In this document: piece by piece, positions 20,101 to 30,157 of the stretch
Layout: the number at the start of each line of letters is the position of its first letter
Position numbering within the stretch: position 1 is the first letter of the stretch
The notes under the pieces: generated by a model
Told to the model about the DNA's origin: nothing
Databases searched by the model: none
Seen by the model: the letters and a program-made list of their open reading frames with translations, nothing else
Made by a program: the position numbers and the translations under genes
Virus record (IMG/VR): IMGVR_UViG_3300008262_003578
Direction: 5' to 3' (one strand)
Length of the DNA stretch: 64,000 nucleotides
Origin: a virus

Positions 20101-22071
20101 AAATTATTTTATGACTCTTACCAATTTTTACCTGGAGGACAGTTCAGTGCATTTACAAGTACGATGACTAAGTATTATTCAAACCTTGATGAAGCGTCTC
20201 AACCATTAACACCAACAAACTCAACATTAATTTCACCTAATAATGGGTTAAGTGTTAATCCATTAAATGAAATGACTAAAGAATGGAATAACTCAACAAT
20301 ACTTGGACCATCTTGTACAGGGTTTACACCGACATTTAACTCATCAGTTGTTCAGAACAGAGGATACCTAATTAATGAACAAGTTGAGGGTGGCTCACTA
20401 CTTTATTTAGACGCTACAATCCCATTAATACCTGTGGCAAACCCAACATCAACCTCACAAGTATACTCAACAATATACCCAACAACATTAACAACTAGTT
20501 TTACATTAGGACCATCTGGTAGACAGATGGTTATGAGGTCTGACAGATTACCCTCTTCTACAACAACTCAAAGTAATTTAACAAATCAATATGTTCTTTT
20601 TGAAAATGGTAGTTTGGTTGTTTATGGTTTTGATTCTGGTGGTGTGTTAACCACTTTTGATATTACTAATTCACTATATACTGATGGTGGTGGTCAAGAT
20701 TTATCTGATGATGGGTGGGGTAATATTGTTGGTAATGATATTTTAGGTTCTTTTGAATGTGAAAATATGGTTCCTTTAGGTTGTTATAGTGAGAGTGATG
20801 GTCAAATAACCATAGCACCTCCTGGTGATAATTGTTATACCACATTAGGGCAACCAACTATGGAAGATGGTTGTTATGTTTTCCTTAGAACACCTTTGTT
20901 TTCATTACCTATAGATTTATTTTATATGGTTGAATGGTTTGCTAGAAATACAACTATGTATGGTGTATGTCAAAACGTATTTGGTCATGTATTCACAAAC
21001 AATTGGGTGAATGGTGTTTTATATCACTTCCCGTTTAAAAATAATACATTTTTTGATAATAATAATGACCCATACGCTGTTTATTGTACTGATGTAATAT
21101 ACTTAGACCAAACTAATAATAATTTCTTTTATAGAAGTGCACCATACACTTACACTAATAAGTTTATAGGTAGAGAGGCACCTGACTATAATGAATACAA
21201 AGGTAACGTTGTTAATATGATGTTCCCTACCACAATTATGGATTTAGGACCTAAACAAAAATATTTACAAGAAGTATCAATTACAAATGAGTATGACGGT
21301 TATATTTTAAATAGATTATCACCCACAACATTTAATGATATTAGCGATTTATTAACTTTGTTAGTTGTAGCTAGATTAGTTAATACACTTAATTTTGGTG
21401 GTGTATTGTCTTATTTTAAAAGGGATAATGATTTTGTTGACGGTGATTATGCTCAATTAATAGCCACTAACTCTCAGTTTGGGGTGTATCCGTTTGAACA
21501 AGGGTATTATGGTGGTAATGATATTTATTCATATTCTCAAATTTTTGGAGTTAATAATGTTATTGGTGTGTTCTTTAAATCTAATTTGCAGGCTAGAGAT
21601 TATATCACACCTAAAAGAAATATTTATTCGGGTATAGGTCCTTTTAGTACAATAAATTGTGCTCTTGAAGACATTCCTGTTTTTAGTCAAAGAGTACCAT
21701 TCTACATGTGGTCTATTGCGAATAAACCAACAATATTTGGAGGACAAATAAATAATTGGGATACCAATTTAAATTTTTCAACTGAATTATTTTCTCACAG
21801 ATATCAAGACTTAGATAGATTATTACAATCGTCTAGATATTTTAGACCTAATAATTTTAACCAAACTGATTATTTTAAAGGATATATATATGCGGTGAAT
21901 TCTTCAGGTAACATTGACGCTGATGTCTCTTATTGGTACAAACCAACGGCACCTCAACAATCAATTTTAATGGGAGCTCCTTTTTATTTTTATTTTGGTT
22001 TAAGACAAGGTAGAACGGCCTTTGATAAATTTGCAGAATCTTGGGTAGATTTTGATGATATAACATATTAA
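17176..22071 (+). CDS. Large virion structural protein (1631 aa) with internal hydrophobic segment
   Basis: In the baseplate operon after a TATTTAT motif; N-terminal GVVIGRI...IPNAKLSVFIP beta-sandwich; ~60-aa hydrophobic run at ~18664-18850. Confidence 0.65.
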   Translation: MSNSYRIRTTPGVDKSIKVLIDQEFEYLEILSLKILKDQIYTRQCSDYGVVIGRISVNNGLGIPNAKLSVFIPLSEEDSTNPIISEIYPYKTVTDQNEDGYRYNLLPYIPSYNGHVPTGTFFERDDVILDQTLIEVYDKYYKYTTTTNDSGDFMIFGVPTGEQTIFVDIDLSDIGEFSLSPKDLIDMGVTTEAMVDGFNFKASTNLNSLPQIVSFSRNIQVEPLWGEPEICNIGITRTDFDITRETNVQITPSAIFMGSVISDVDMSAIKTGCKVNKKMGNQCSLITGPGQIKSIRQTINVDNQGRPLLEEFELENGGQVIDENGAWVVNVPMNLNYVTTNEFGEQVLSDDVNVGVPTKGKYRFKVKYNQPPSLDVSIKRGYFLVPNIREYGWTSYITTPNASDVQRSYAFTTNWDDYGDNMTAFGQQMINDAINCEDKFYEMRYNKVYTVSSHITEYRKGKSKKRFIAIKQITDDKCDSEVVRFPTNDAQYDPNANFTLYSIMMGFLLPFMLIMLIVMHVLAFIACFVLAIIATVFVVIGGIIYLIGLAIGLIPGAGDFADKIKNAGNALIEAGNSLGDLCYSFKMRFCLLTYPDCERCDKNPDVSSEPSTPPSNPTVDSLNETNAGLGSAGVLSSFYDAGQYNCNSPYENKTGQILAGLSDTSITNKSQGLINLVTIPPSYLFSSSLTLANRMNLFNTKGKYFDPTISPGGGVNQIKVTFDTNINNPNTTWHLDNVVCLVVDDKNISKFQVGKVLTFNNPTISNDPNLTGSTLNIYSNNAITGTTIGTPTAFSNINQYNRVVEYASPSNTGNLSVTYTLTAFTEDVLYAKYPMDIEYFQVLQIKKVSNFITDSTNLLPDSLPERFIKNPAYYLTIDDDNCMIPDTLSPVSCYSGYNEQNIIFLVRGVDPNTTKTKCRYDLSKLYGYSSFGNASSIVEGDFYLNIPIQGKLRNVKHDSPLIISNSYATDAYSGQKLFYDSYQFLPGGQFSAFTSTMTKYYSNLDEASQPLTPTNSTLISPNNGLSVNPLNEMTKEWNNSTILGPSCTGFTPTFNSSVVQNRGYLINEQVEGGSLLYLDATIPLIPVANPTSTSQVYSTIYPTTLTTSFTLGPSGRQMVMRSDRLPSSTTTQSNLTNQYVLFENGSLVVYGFDSGGVLTTFDITNSLYTDGGGQDLSDDGWGNIVGNDILGSFECENMVPLGCYSESDGQITIAPPGDNCYTTLGQPTMEDGCYVFLRTPLFSLPIDLFYMVEWFARNTTMYGVCQNVFGHVFTNNWVNGVLYHFPFKNNTFFDNNNDPYAVYCTDVIYLDQTNNNFFYRSAPYTYTNKFIGREAPDYNEYKGNVVNMMFPTTIMDLGPKQKYLQEVSITNEYDGYILNRLSPTTFNDISDLLTLLVVARLVNTLNFGGVLSYFKRDNDFVDGDYAQLIATNSQFGVYPFEQGYYGGNDIYSYSQIFGVNNVIGVFFKSNLQARDYITPKRNIYSGIGPFSTINCALEDIPVFSQRVPFYMWSIANKPTIFGGQINNWDTNLNFSTELFSHRYQDLDRLLQSSRYFRPNNFNQTDYFKGYIYAVNSSGNIDADVSYWYKPTAPQQSILMGAPFYFYFGLRQGRTAFDKFAESWVDFDDITY

Positions 22072-23882
22072 TGAGTAGTAGAATAGAAGATAGAGTAGTA
22101 TTGGGGTCTTTAAGGTACAAGTCAGCACCTAATAGCAACTTATTATTTCAAGTACCGTTAGTACAGACGGTTAAAGAAAATATTGAATTTGATAGAACTA
22201 TCAATTTTGATTTACAACAGTTATATGATGACGAAAGACAAAGGTCAACAATATTCAGACCTATCGCTAAATTATCATTATTGTTTGATAACAAATATTC
22301 TGGTGTTACATCATATTATCCATATAAATCATCATTGTATTATGAAAATGTACAATCATTAGTTACGAATATTTGTACATTAAGCTCAATAAGTCTTTAT
22401 TCGGGATATCCTCAATATTATGAATTTGATTTTATGAGGATTGATAATGATATCTCAGGTTATACTTCTCCTGATGTTACCAATAACATACATAAATTTT
22501 TTATTAATAAAAGTGCTGACACATATAATTGGTCCATTAACATGAGTTATGCGTATGATAACATTAAAAATAAACAAATGTCCGCATTTGATAAAGATTC
22601 TAACACTACTTTAAATTGGGTGGCATCTGATGGAATACCATTTGTTGTTTATAGAACCATGGACCAAAATCAGACAGTTATTTCATTTAGGTGCCCTATA
22701 ACTCACGGACTTTCAGTTGGGGAATATGTTAAATTAAGTATTGATTATTTAGGTCAAGATACGTTCCAAGTATATTCGTTAGGTGACCCATACTATGGGA
22801 CTGATGAATATATTTTTAATATTTATGATATTGGATTTACAGGTACCACATTTGTAAGTGGTGTGACGGGTACTTTTAAAAGAATAATTGATATTAATAA
22901 TAGTGGTGATACTATTTCGGAATATTATGTTAGAAGACATAAAATTTTAACTGAAAGTGATGATTTAGTATTAGGTAAATCAGGATTTGAGCAACAGATA
23001 TTTAAACAACAAAAAAAGAATGAAAGGGCAACCTATACACCAAATAAACAAAGTAGAATATCATTAAAAAATGGTAATACTGTGTATACGGCCTCATTTA
23101 ATGAAGACATTGACATTTCATCATTAAGAGATAATCAAAATAGACCCTTAAGTGAATTATTTTACACTATAGTGTGGAAAGGTTATATGGGTTGGACTTT
23201 TGGTTTGTTAAGACCTGGTGGTGGTTATTATGGATTAAAACAAGGATGGGAATTTAATATACAACCATTAAGTACCAACCCTAACGCACCTAATAATTGG
23301 TGGGCTAATTCTAACACGAATTCAGATGCGGGATTTTCGGTTTTAAATTATACAACTACATTAGGAATACCTGGAAAACCATTTACATATATAAGACCAG
23401 TACAAAAGGGAGATATAGTTTTAGGAGATTACTGTGAGTGGAATAACTCGGAACAAACTGAAAGAGTTATTTCTGATTTATATCATAAATTTAGGTTTAA
23501 TCCTTATTATTTTAATATTGGACTAACTCCTGACTCAAACCCATTTGGTGATAATTGTCGTGGTTACTATTATAAGCCACACTATCCTTTAAAAATAAGG
23601 GCGTTCTCTAATTATCTTGAAGAAGCTGATAGCCAAAATGTTGTAGGTATACCTGATTATGCTTATTACTCTACGACAGTTAACCAATTTATTTGGAGGG
23701 ATTTATACCCATATGGGTTTATTGACACTGAAAATGTTGGGGTTAATTATCCATATTTAAATAACGCCCACTACCCATATAGAGATATTATTTTCAGATT
23801 AATTAGTGAAGGGGATACTTATGATTATGGGATAACAAATAATACCGTAGTTGCGGAACCAACTGTTGACGATTGTGAATAA
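22071..23882 (+). CDS. Putative structural protein (603 aa)
   Basis: TAATG-coupled within the baseplate/tail operon; Y/F/N-rich beta composition. Confidence 0.65.
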   Translation: MSSRIEDRVVLGSLRYKSAPNSNLLFQVPLVQTVKENIEFDRTINFDLQQLYDDERQRSTIFRPIAKLSLLFDNKYSGVTSYYPYKSSLYYENVQSLVTNICTLSSISLYSGYPQYYEFDFMRIDNDISGYTSPDVTNNIHKFFINKSADTYNWSINMSYAYDNIKNKQMSAFDKDSNTTLNWVASDGIPFVVYRTMDQNQTVISFRCPITHGLSVGEYVKLSIDYLGQDTFQVYSLGDPYYGTDEYIFNIYDIGFTGTTFVSGVTGTFKRIIDINNSGDTISEYYVRRHKILTESDDLVLGKSGFEQQIFKQQKKNERATYTPNKQSRISLKNGNTVYTASFNEDIDISSLRDNQNRPLSELFYTIVWKGYMGWTFGLLRPGGGYYGLKQGWEFNIQPLSTNPNAPNNWWANSNTNSDAGFSVLNYTTTLGIPGKPFTYIRPVQKGDIVLGDYCEWNNSEQTERVISDLYHKFRFNPYYFNIGLTPDSNPFGDNCRGYYYKPHYPLKIRAFSNYLEEADSQNVVGIPDYAYYSTTVNQFIWRDLYPYGFIDTENVGVNYPYLNNAHYPYRDIIFRLISEGDTYDYGITNNTVVAEPTVDDCE

Positions 23883-24690
23883 TAAATATAAATTTACTGT
23901 ACCAGGGACTAATCAAAGTATATCTATTCCCATAGAAATCCAATGGGATTTTTTAGGGAGAGACGATAGTATTGATGTATATCAAGAAGATGTATTAAGA
24001 GTTATTGCGGGTTTACCTGAAGACTTTGAGGTTTTAAGGTTTGCTCATGACTCTTATACTAATAAAGAAATAACTTTGATAGATTATGAGTTTTATTTTT
24101 ATTCTGGAGTCCCATCAAACGTTACCGCATCAACAATAACTGATTGGGGAAATAGTTATATATCTGAAGGATTTACAGGTCAAGAGTTATATTACAAAGC
24201 AAAACCTTTTATTAAATCATTCTTCAAATTAGATTTTTATGATACGACCGATAGTGTAAAACAAGTTAATTGCTTCACAATAATTTTACCTGCTTATAAT
24301 GGTATTTTTGAAAAAATAAATATATCACCAACACTAACAAATGTTAATGTTGATAAACCTAAATTCTTATTAGATTATATACCATCACCAAGTAAACCGT
24401 CAAAAAAAGAAGGGTTTTTTATTTATTGGTTAAAATCAAAAACATTTGTGGATTTAGATACTTTTTATATGAGTGTTAAATTTTTTGATGCTAAGCAAGG
24501 TGTTTATGTAAGAATGATGACAGTTCCACAATCTTCACTACCTAATAAATTTGTATTTAATAATGATGATTATTTCTATAATAAAGTAGTCCTAAATTAT
24601 AATACTAAAACGTATATGATTTATGATTATTTAGGAACTAGAGTGGGTGTTGGTAACCCAATAAAATGGTATGAATATGTTAACCCATAA
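23875..24690 (+). CDS. Putative structural protein (probable GTG start at 23875)
   Basis: In-frame GTG overlaps the previous stop; coupled to the next gene. Confidence 0.6.
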   Translation: MNNKYKFTVPGTNQSISIPIEIQWDFLGRDDSIDVYQEDVLRVIAGLPEDFEVLRFAHDSYTNKEITLIDYEFYFYSGVPSNVTASTITDWGNSYISEGFTGQELYYKAKPFIKSFFKLDFYDTTDSVKQVNCFTIILPAYNGIFEKINISPTLTNVNVDKPKFLLDYIPSPSKPSKKEGFFIYWLKSKTFVDLDTFYMSVKFFDAKQGVYVRMMTVPQSSLPNKFVFNNDDYFYNKVVLNYNTKTYMIYDYLGTRVGVGNPIKWYEYVNP

Positions 24691-25862
24691 TGGATGATAG
24701 AATATATAATATAAGAATATCCCCTGAAGTAATTAATGGAGATATATTCTTAGTTAATTTTACTGGTGACTCTTATAATGAAGAATTTGATATTGAGATT
24801 TGTTGTGACATTTTCACAAGTGCTGTAACTAAGTATTACACAGGTCAAACCTATGTGTATTCGTCAATGACTGAAATACTTTCAGGAGGTACAAATGGAA
24901 CTTCATTATTAACAGGGTTAACCATCCCAATATTTTTATCTGAAACTTGTATAGATATTGGGTATTATTCAACGTTTGATGGAGCTGTTTTACAGAAAGA
25001 TGTAATGACTAATTTTTTATTTTCATCAACAACTCTAAATCCATATGAGTATTATTTTTATAATACATCTGATATTAACTCATTAAATTACTTACAGTTT
25101 TCCGATTATAAAGTAGATTGGGGTGATGGAACACCAGCTCAAACGGTTAGTTTTACTGCACCATTTTTCCAATCACATACGTATGTCCAAAGTGGAGATT
25201 ATACTATATCTATGTCAGGTATGAGTCCTTGGGGATATAACATTGTGAAAAAAGATATTACAGTACCTTATACAAATGTAACAATCACAAATCCAAACGG
25301 GACTGCTTATTTTGTTCCTGCAGGTGGAAATTGGTCCGCAACTCCAATTATGTATGATTATATTTTTAGTGGTGATTCTAATTGTGACTTAGACGTTTAT
25401 AATTTTTCGGCAACACCAATAACAGTTACAGGTTACACAACATCAAATGTTAATGGGTTACAAGTTTATGGACCCAAATATAATTTATTTGGGGGTAATT
25501 TTAAATTAGGGGTCCAAGTAACGGGAACATCTGGAAATATTGGGACATATTGGGGACCTGACCCATCAAATACTTACACCGCCTATACAATTAATGACAT
25601 TGACTATTATGATTATAACGATGGAACTACAATATTCATTGTTCAAACATCGGGAATAACATCAGATATGTTAGTTTGTTCAGCATTAACAAAAAATGAA
25701 GTATTATTAAACGTTATTGATGAAGCAGAAGTACAAACTGATGTATTTATTGATAGAGGAAAAGTAAGTGCTTACGAAAGAGTACAAAGATTAAATGAAG
25801 TTGATAATATTGGTGAACTTACTAATTACGGATATAAGTTCTTCAATATTGTAAAATATTAA
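24690..25862 (+). CDS. Putative structural protein with PKD-like domain
   Basis: YKVDWGDGT...SHTY...GDYTISM is PKD-like. Confidence 0.65.
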   Translation: MDDRIYNIRISPEVINGDIFLVNFTGDSYNEEFDIEICCDIFTSAVTKYYTGQTYVYSSMTEILSGGTNGTSLLTGLTIPIFLSETCIDIGYYSTFDGAVLQKDVMTNFLFSSTTLNPYEYYFYNTSDINSLNYLQFSDYKVDWGDGTPAQTVSFTAPFFQSHTYVQSGDYTISMSGMSPWGYNIVKKDITVPYTNVTITNPNGTAYFVPAGGNWSATPIMYDYIFSGDSNCDLDVYNFSATPITVTGYTTSNVNGLQVYGPKYNLFGGNFKLGVQVTGTSGNIGTYWGPDPSNTYTAYTINDIDYYDYNDGTTIFIVQTSGITSDMLVCSALTKNEVLLNVIDEAEVQTDVFIDRGKVSAYERVQRLNEVDNIGELTNYGYKFFNIVKY

Positions 25863-25892
25863 ATAAAAATAATAAATTAATAACTAAATAAA

Positions 25893-26801
25893 ATGGCAAC
25901 TGGCGTTTACGGTACTATAAGACCCGCAGATGTTTCACCTGAAGATGTTGAGATAATTTTAAATTATACCCCATCTAGAGATGAGACAAACAATTTTCTA
26001 TTAACAAAATTGGATGCACCATCAATACTTAAACCGTATTTTAATAATGCTGACACTGGTGGTAATGCTAATGTTGAATTGTTAGGGGGTTTATATAATT
26101 TAACATTACCTTCCGATGTCTTTAATAGAATAGGTATATATACCCTTTATATAAGACCTGCTCAAATTAGAACTACAATTTTGGATTGTGGTGTTTTATC
26201 CGCACTACCTAATGTTAAAGGTATAGTAATTGATTTAAATGCGGTTCCAACTAACTATAGAAATAAATTTGTTAATCAAGGATTAGTTGGTTTTAGAGTT
26301 GAGTATTTAAATTCTGATGGTACAAAAGTACCTAATTTTTTTAGATTAATTACCTCATCATTCTTTTGTGAGCCTGTGGTTCAAAATTTAACAAATACAT
26401 CACAAAAAGCGATACGATACAGATATACCGATAGTAATACTAATTTAATATTTTGCACTTTATCACCATCATCGGCACCCACAAATAAACCAAATGCCAC
26501 TCCATACATTGGGCAACCTGACCAAGATATTATTATAACTAATACATTTTTTAATCCAATAACTTTAGACATTGAATTGGCGGAACACGATTTCTCAACA
26601 TTGGCAATTGCTCTTTATGGTAACCAAACTAAGTCAATGGATGACGGGATTTACACTGTTTACGACAGTAATAACAATATCTACAAACAATACAATCTTT
26701 ATGAAATTAGAGACCAATTTAATAACCTATTGTATGAAGTTAGAGAAGATAGAGGTAATAACATTGATTTTAGTAAAAACTTTACAAATATAACTGAATA
26801 A
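25893..26801 (+). CDS. Putative structural protein (302 aa)
   Basis: Clean ORF in the tail operon; TAATG-coupled to the next gene. Confidence 0.65.
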   Translation: MATGVYGTIRPADVSPEDVEIILNYTPSRDETNNFLLTKLDAPSILKPYFNNADTGGNANVELLGGLYNLTLPSDVFNRIGIYTLYIRPAQIRTTILDCGVLSALPNVKGIVIDLNAVPTNYRNKFVNQGLVGFRVEYLNSDGTKVPNFFRLITSSFFCEPVVQNLTNTSQKAIRYRYTDSNTNLIFCTLSPSSAPTNKPNATPYIGQPDQDIIITNTFFNPITLDIELAEHDFSTLAIALYGNQTKSMDDGIYTVYDSNNNIYKQYNLYEIRDQFNNLLYEVREDRGNNIDFSKNFTNITE

Positions 26802-29800
26802 TGGCGATTAAAAAATATACTTGCCCACCACAAAAAGCGTCAGGAGCGGGAACATTTTCCGATGAATTAGTTGGATTTCAGTTAGTGCAAGGTGGTGGGT
26901 TAACTCAAGGTAATTTTGAGTTCACAACATCGGTTACGGAAAAAGTTAATAGAAATTTTAACACAGGAGTTTTCTCCAACCCCATCAATTTAGAAGGGTT
27001 AGGTGTGAATAGTATTGATGAATCTAAAGCTTTATTTGAAAACAATTTTAAAGTATATCCAAATTTTGATTTATCTCAGATTACTAATTTCACACTATAT
27101 GGGTCAATGGTTAAAAGAATGTCAGTTTCTGTGGAAAAAATCATTAATTATTTCCCTGGAGCTATAGAGTCTAATTTTTTAGGTAAAGATTATACTACAG
27201 GACCAAGTGCTACTAATATAATATATAACCCTCAATTTGATGAAACTAGTTTTGATTTATCAATTTCAAAAATAAGTAACCCATTTGGTGTTGATTTTAG
27301 TGTTAACGCCACAAGGAATATGGAACTAAATGAAGTTGAAGTTTCCGAGTTAAGGAATATGACAACTCAATATGGTAAGTATTCATTGTATCTTAACGAT
27401 AACGGGTATTCCGTAAAAAGAATTGTATCAACAACATCATTGACATCTGGGATATTAACTATTGTTGTTGAGGGTAACCCATTTTCGGGTGAATCAACCA
27501 CCAATCAAACTTTAATTATTAGACCTAATGATTTAGAAGTTAATAAAGTTTTAAATGAATCGTTAGATGAGGTTGAAGATTTTTTACTGAATAGAAATGT
27601 AAACCCAAAATATACTGCAACATTCAAGATACCTAAAGTAGGTGATGATGGAACATATTATACCGAGTATCAAAATTTAACTTGGCCTTTATTAGGTAAG
27701 TGGAACTTAGATATCATAACGGGGGCATTCACTAATTACTTAAATAAATTAAACGAGGTAAGTATATCATTTGACGAATATAAGACAAATTTAATTTCAC
27801 GGTTCTTAACCACAGGGGCCTTCAATGAGTTTGATACCATTGGTAGAAAAGTTGAGAAAGTACTACAAATTTATGGTAGAAGTTTTGATGAAACAAAAAA
27901 GTTTATTGATGCGTTAGCATATATTAATTCTGTTAATTACAATGTTGGTAATGACATACCGTCACAACTTTTAAAAAATTTAGCACAAACATTAGGATGG
28001 AGAACAAATATCTCACCAATATCTAATGAGGAATTATTAAATTCTGTTTTTGGTCAAAAAAATACTGATAAGTCGGCATTTAGTGGTGTTGATAGTGTAA
28101 TGACACCTGATGAATTAAACTATCAATATTATAGAAACTTAGTTTTAAATTCGGCTTACCTATTTAAATCCAAAGGTACTAGAAAATCAATTGAAACTTT
28201 ATTAACACTAATTGGTGCACCTGAAGCGTTGGTTGAATTTAATGAGTATGTGTATTTAGCAGACCAAAAAATTAATATGACTCAGTTTGATTCATACTAT
28301 GCTCAAATATCGGGAGGTACGTATGTTCAAAATACGCCAGCATTAGACCCAAGTTATTTGTACTCTATAATGGGGGTTACGTATACAGGGTTCACAACTC
28401 AAGTCACGTTGCAAGATGTTAATATTGGTAGAGAAGAATATCCGATAGATGATAACGGTTTCCCATCGGCACCTGAAGATACGGAAGATTATTTTTTCCA
28501 AATAGGTAGTGGATGGTTTGAACAAACACCTCAACACAGGGCGTTAGAACAAGTTGATTTAACTAATAGCGTGTTTACTGGGTCCAACCCTAATTACCAA
28601 ACGGTTTTAGAACCGTATTCATATGGACAAGTTTATTTAAATAGATTCCGTGAGTTTCCGTTCATGGATATCGGGTTTAGATTAAGACCAACTATTGATA
28701 ATAATAAAAGTTGGACTGATAGAGAAATTGGTTTAAGAAGTAATTTAGATGGTAATTATAATGCAAGATATTTTACTAGTGATGATAAGTTAGTATTAAA
28801 TGTTAAAAACGTTGATTTATTTTTAAATCCTGCCCAAGGAATCGCATACGACATATGGTATATGTCAAGACAATATAATTTCCCAATACCTAATGAAGGG
28901 TTAAATTATGTACCACAAATTAGTCAATTTTACAGTATTAGCTCAATATACCAACCAGGTTCTGTTGATATAACTTATAGTGCTTCTACTATCATACCAC
29001 CATTGTTTGATATAACATTTAATTTTACAAATGTTTTAGGTACAATAAGTGGTGACGTAAGTGTAACTACAGGTATAACAATTTCGGCGGGTAGTACAAC
29101 AGGTGTTACTAATGTAATATTACCTGATGATTATAGTGGGTTAACATTGACCAGTACGTTTACAAATATAAATGCAAATCCTAGTGAAATTTCATATGGA
29201 CTTAGTGTTGTACCGTCATTCATTTCGGGTACAAGTGAAACGGTATTACCAACGCAATTTTACACTGTTTCACCGATAAACATTTACCCTAATAAAGGAG
29301 GTATTGATTGGACCGAAATAAATCCACAGCCAAAAATACAAACATTTTTTGAGTTCGCTCAAACTTTTTGGACTAATACCATTAATGTTAGAGATAGACA
29401 ATTCAACTCAACTAGAACTGGAGGTTACCCAACATTAGGTTCTATTTTTTGGAGGTATTTAGAATCTGAAGGCAGAATTGGTGTAAAGAACGATAATTTT
29501 TCATACAAAACAATGATAGAATATGTCAATGGTCTTGGTGATTATTGGATTAGACTTGTTGAACAAATGATACCTGCGACAACCATATGGAATACAGGTG
29601 TTAAATATGAGAATTCAATCTTCCATAGACAAAAATTTGTATGGAGAAGACAAAGAGGATGTGAAATCATTCCTGTACCTTGTAAACCTTGTGAATTAAC
29701 GACAAATATATTTCCTGTTGATTGTCCTGTACAATCTACTGAATGTCCTGTTTATCCTTGGGATACAAATCCACAAATACAACAATTTAGTGGTGTTTTG

Positions 29801-30157
29801 GCTTATTTATTAAATCAATATTTGACCGCCAACGGTTATACATTAAATGATTGTTTAATAAATTCATTAAACTCAAGTTGGTTTGTTGATATTAGAATAA
29901 ATGATGTGGTAATTGTTCAAACACCATTCTTTAATGGGGTGGGATTAACAGTACCTAATATTAGTTATCCGACTACAACTACGGCTTGGTTATCAGGATT
30001 AACTGATTCATTAGAATCTTTAAAAATCTATGGATATGATTATTATTTTACAACTGAAGATACTGTTGTTGTATTTAATAATATTTGTTCTGAAGATGAT
30101 GATGGTGTTAATTTAAAAATTAATGTCGGAATAAATTTTAATATATTATGTAATTAA
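26801..30157 (+). CDS. Baseplate gp7/P2 gpI-like tail protein (1118 aa)
   Basis: LLKNLAQTLGW...YLFKSKGTRKSIETLLTLIG resembles the P2 gpI/gp7 wedge motif. Confidence 0.65.
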   Translation: MAIKKYTCPPQKASGAGTFSDELVGFQLVQGGGLTQGNFEFTTSVTEKVNRNFNTGVFSNPINLEGLGVNSIDESKALFENNFKVYPNFDLSQITNFTLYGSMVKRMSVSVEKIINYFPGAIESNFLGKDYTTGPSATNIIYNPQFDETSFDLSISKISNPFGVDFSVNATRNMELNEVEVSELRNMTTQYGKYSLYLNDNGYSVKRIVSTTSLTSGILTIVVEGNPFSGESTTNQTLIIRPNDLEVNKVLNESLDEVEDFLLNRNVNPKYTATFKIPKVGDDGTYYTEYQNLTWPLLGKWNLDIITGAFTNYLNKLNEVSISFDEYKTNLISRFLTTGAFNEFDTIGRKVEKVLQIYGRSFDETKKFIDALAYINSVNYNVGNDIPSQLLKNLAQTLGWRTNISPISNEELLNSVFGQKNTDKSAFSGVDSVMTPDELNYQYYRNLVLNSAYLFKSKGTRKSIETLLTLIGAPEALVEFNEYVYLADQKINMTQFDSYYAQISGGTYVQNTPALDPSYLYSIMGVTYTGFTTQVTLQDVNIGREEYPIDDNGFPSAPEDTEDYFFQIGSGWFEQTPQHRALEQVDLTNSVFTGSNPNYQTVLEPYSYGQVYLNRFREFPFMDIGFRLRPTIDNNKSWTDREIGLRSNLDGNYNARYFTSDDKLVLNVKNVDLFLNPAQGIAYDIWYMSRQYNFPIPNEGLNYVPQISQFYSISSIYQPGSVDITYSASTIIPPLFDITFNFTNVLGTISGDVSVTTGITISAGSTTGVTNVILPDDYSGLTLTSTFTNINANPSEISYGLSVVPSFISGTSETVLPTQFYTVSPINIYPNKGGIDWTEINPQPKIQTFFEFAQTFWTNTINVRDRQFNSTRTGGYPTLGSIFWRYLESEGRIGVKNDNFSYKTMIEYVNGLGDYWIRLVEQMIPATTIWNTGVKYENSIFHRQKFVWRRQRGCEIIPVPCKPCELTTNIFPVDCPVQSTECPVYPWDTNPQIQQFSGVLAYLLNQYLTANGYTLNDCLINSLNSSWFVDIRINDVVIVQTPFFNGVGLTVPNISYPTTTTAWLSGLTDSLESLKIYGYDYYFTTEDTVVVFNNICSEDDDGVNLKINVGINFNILCN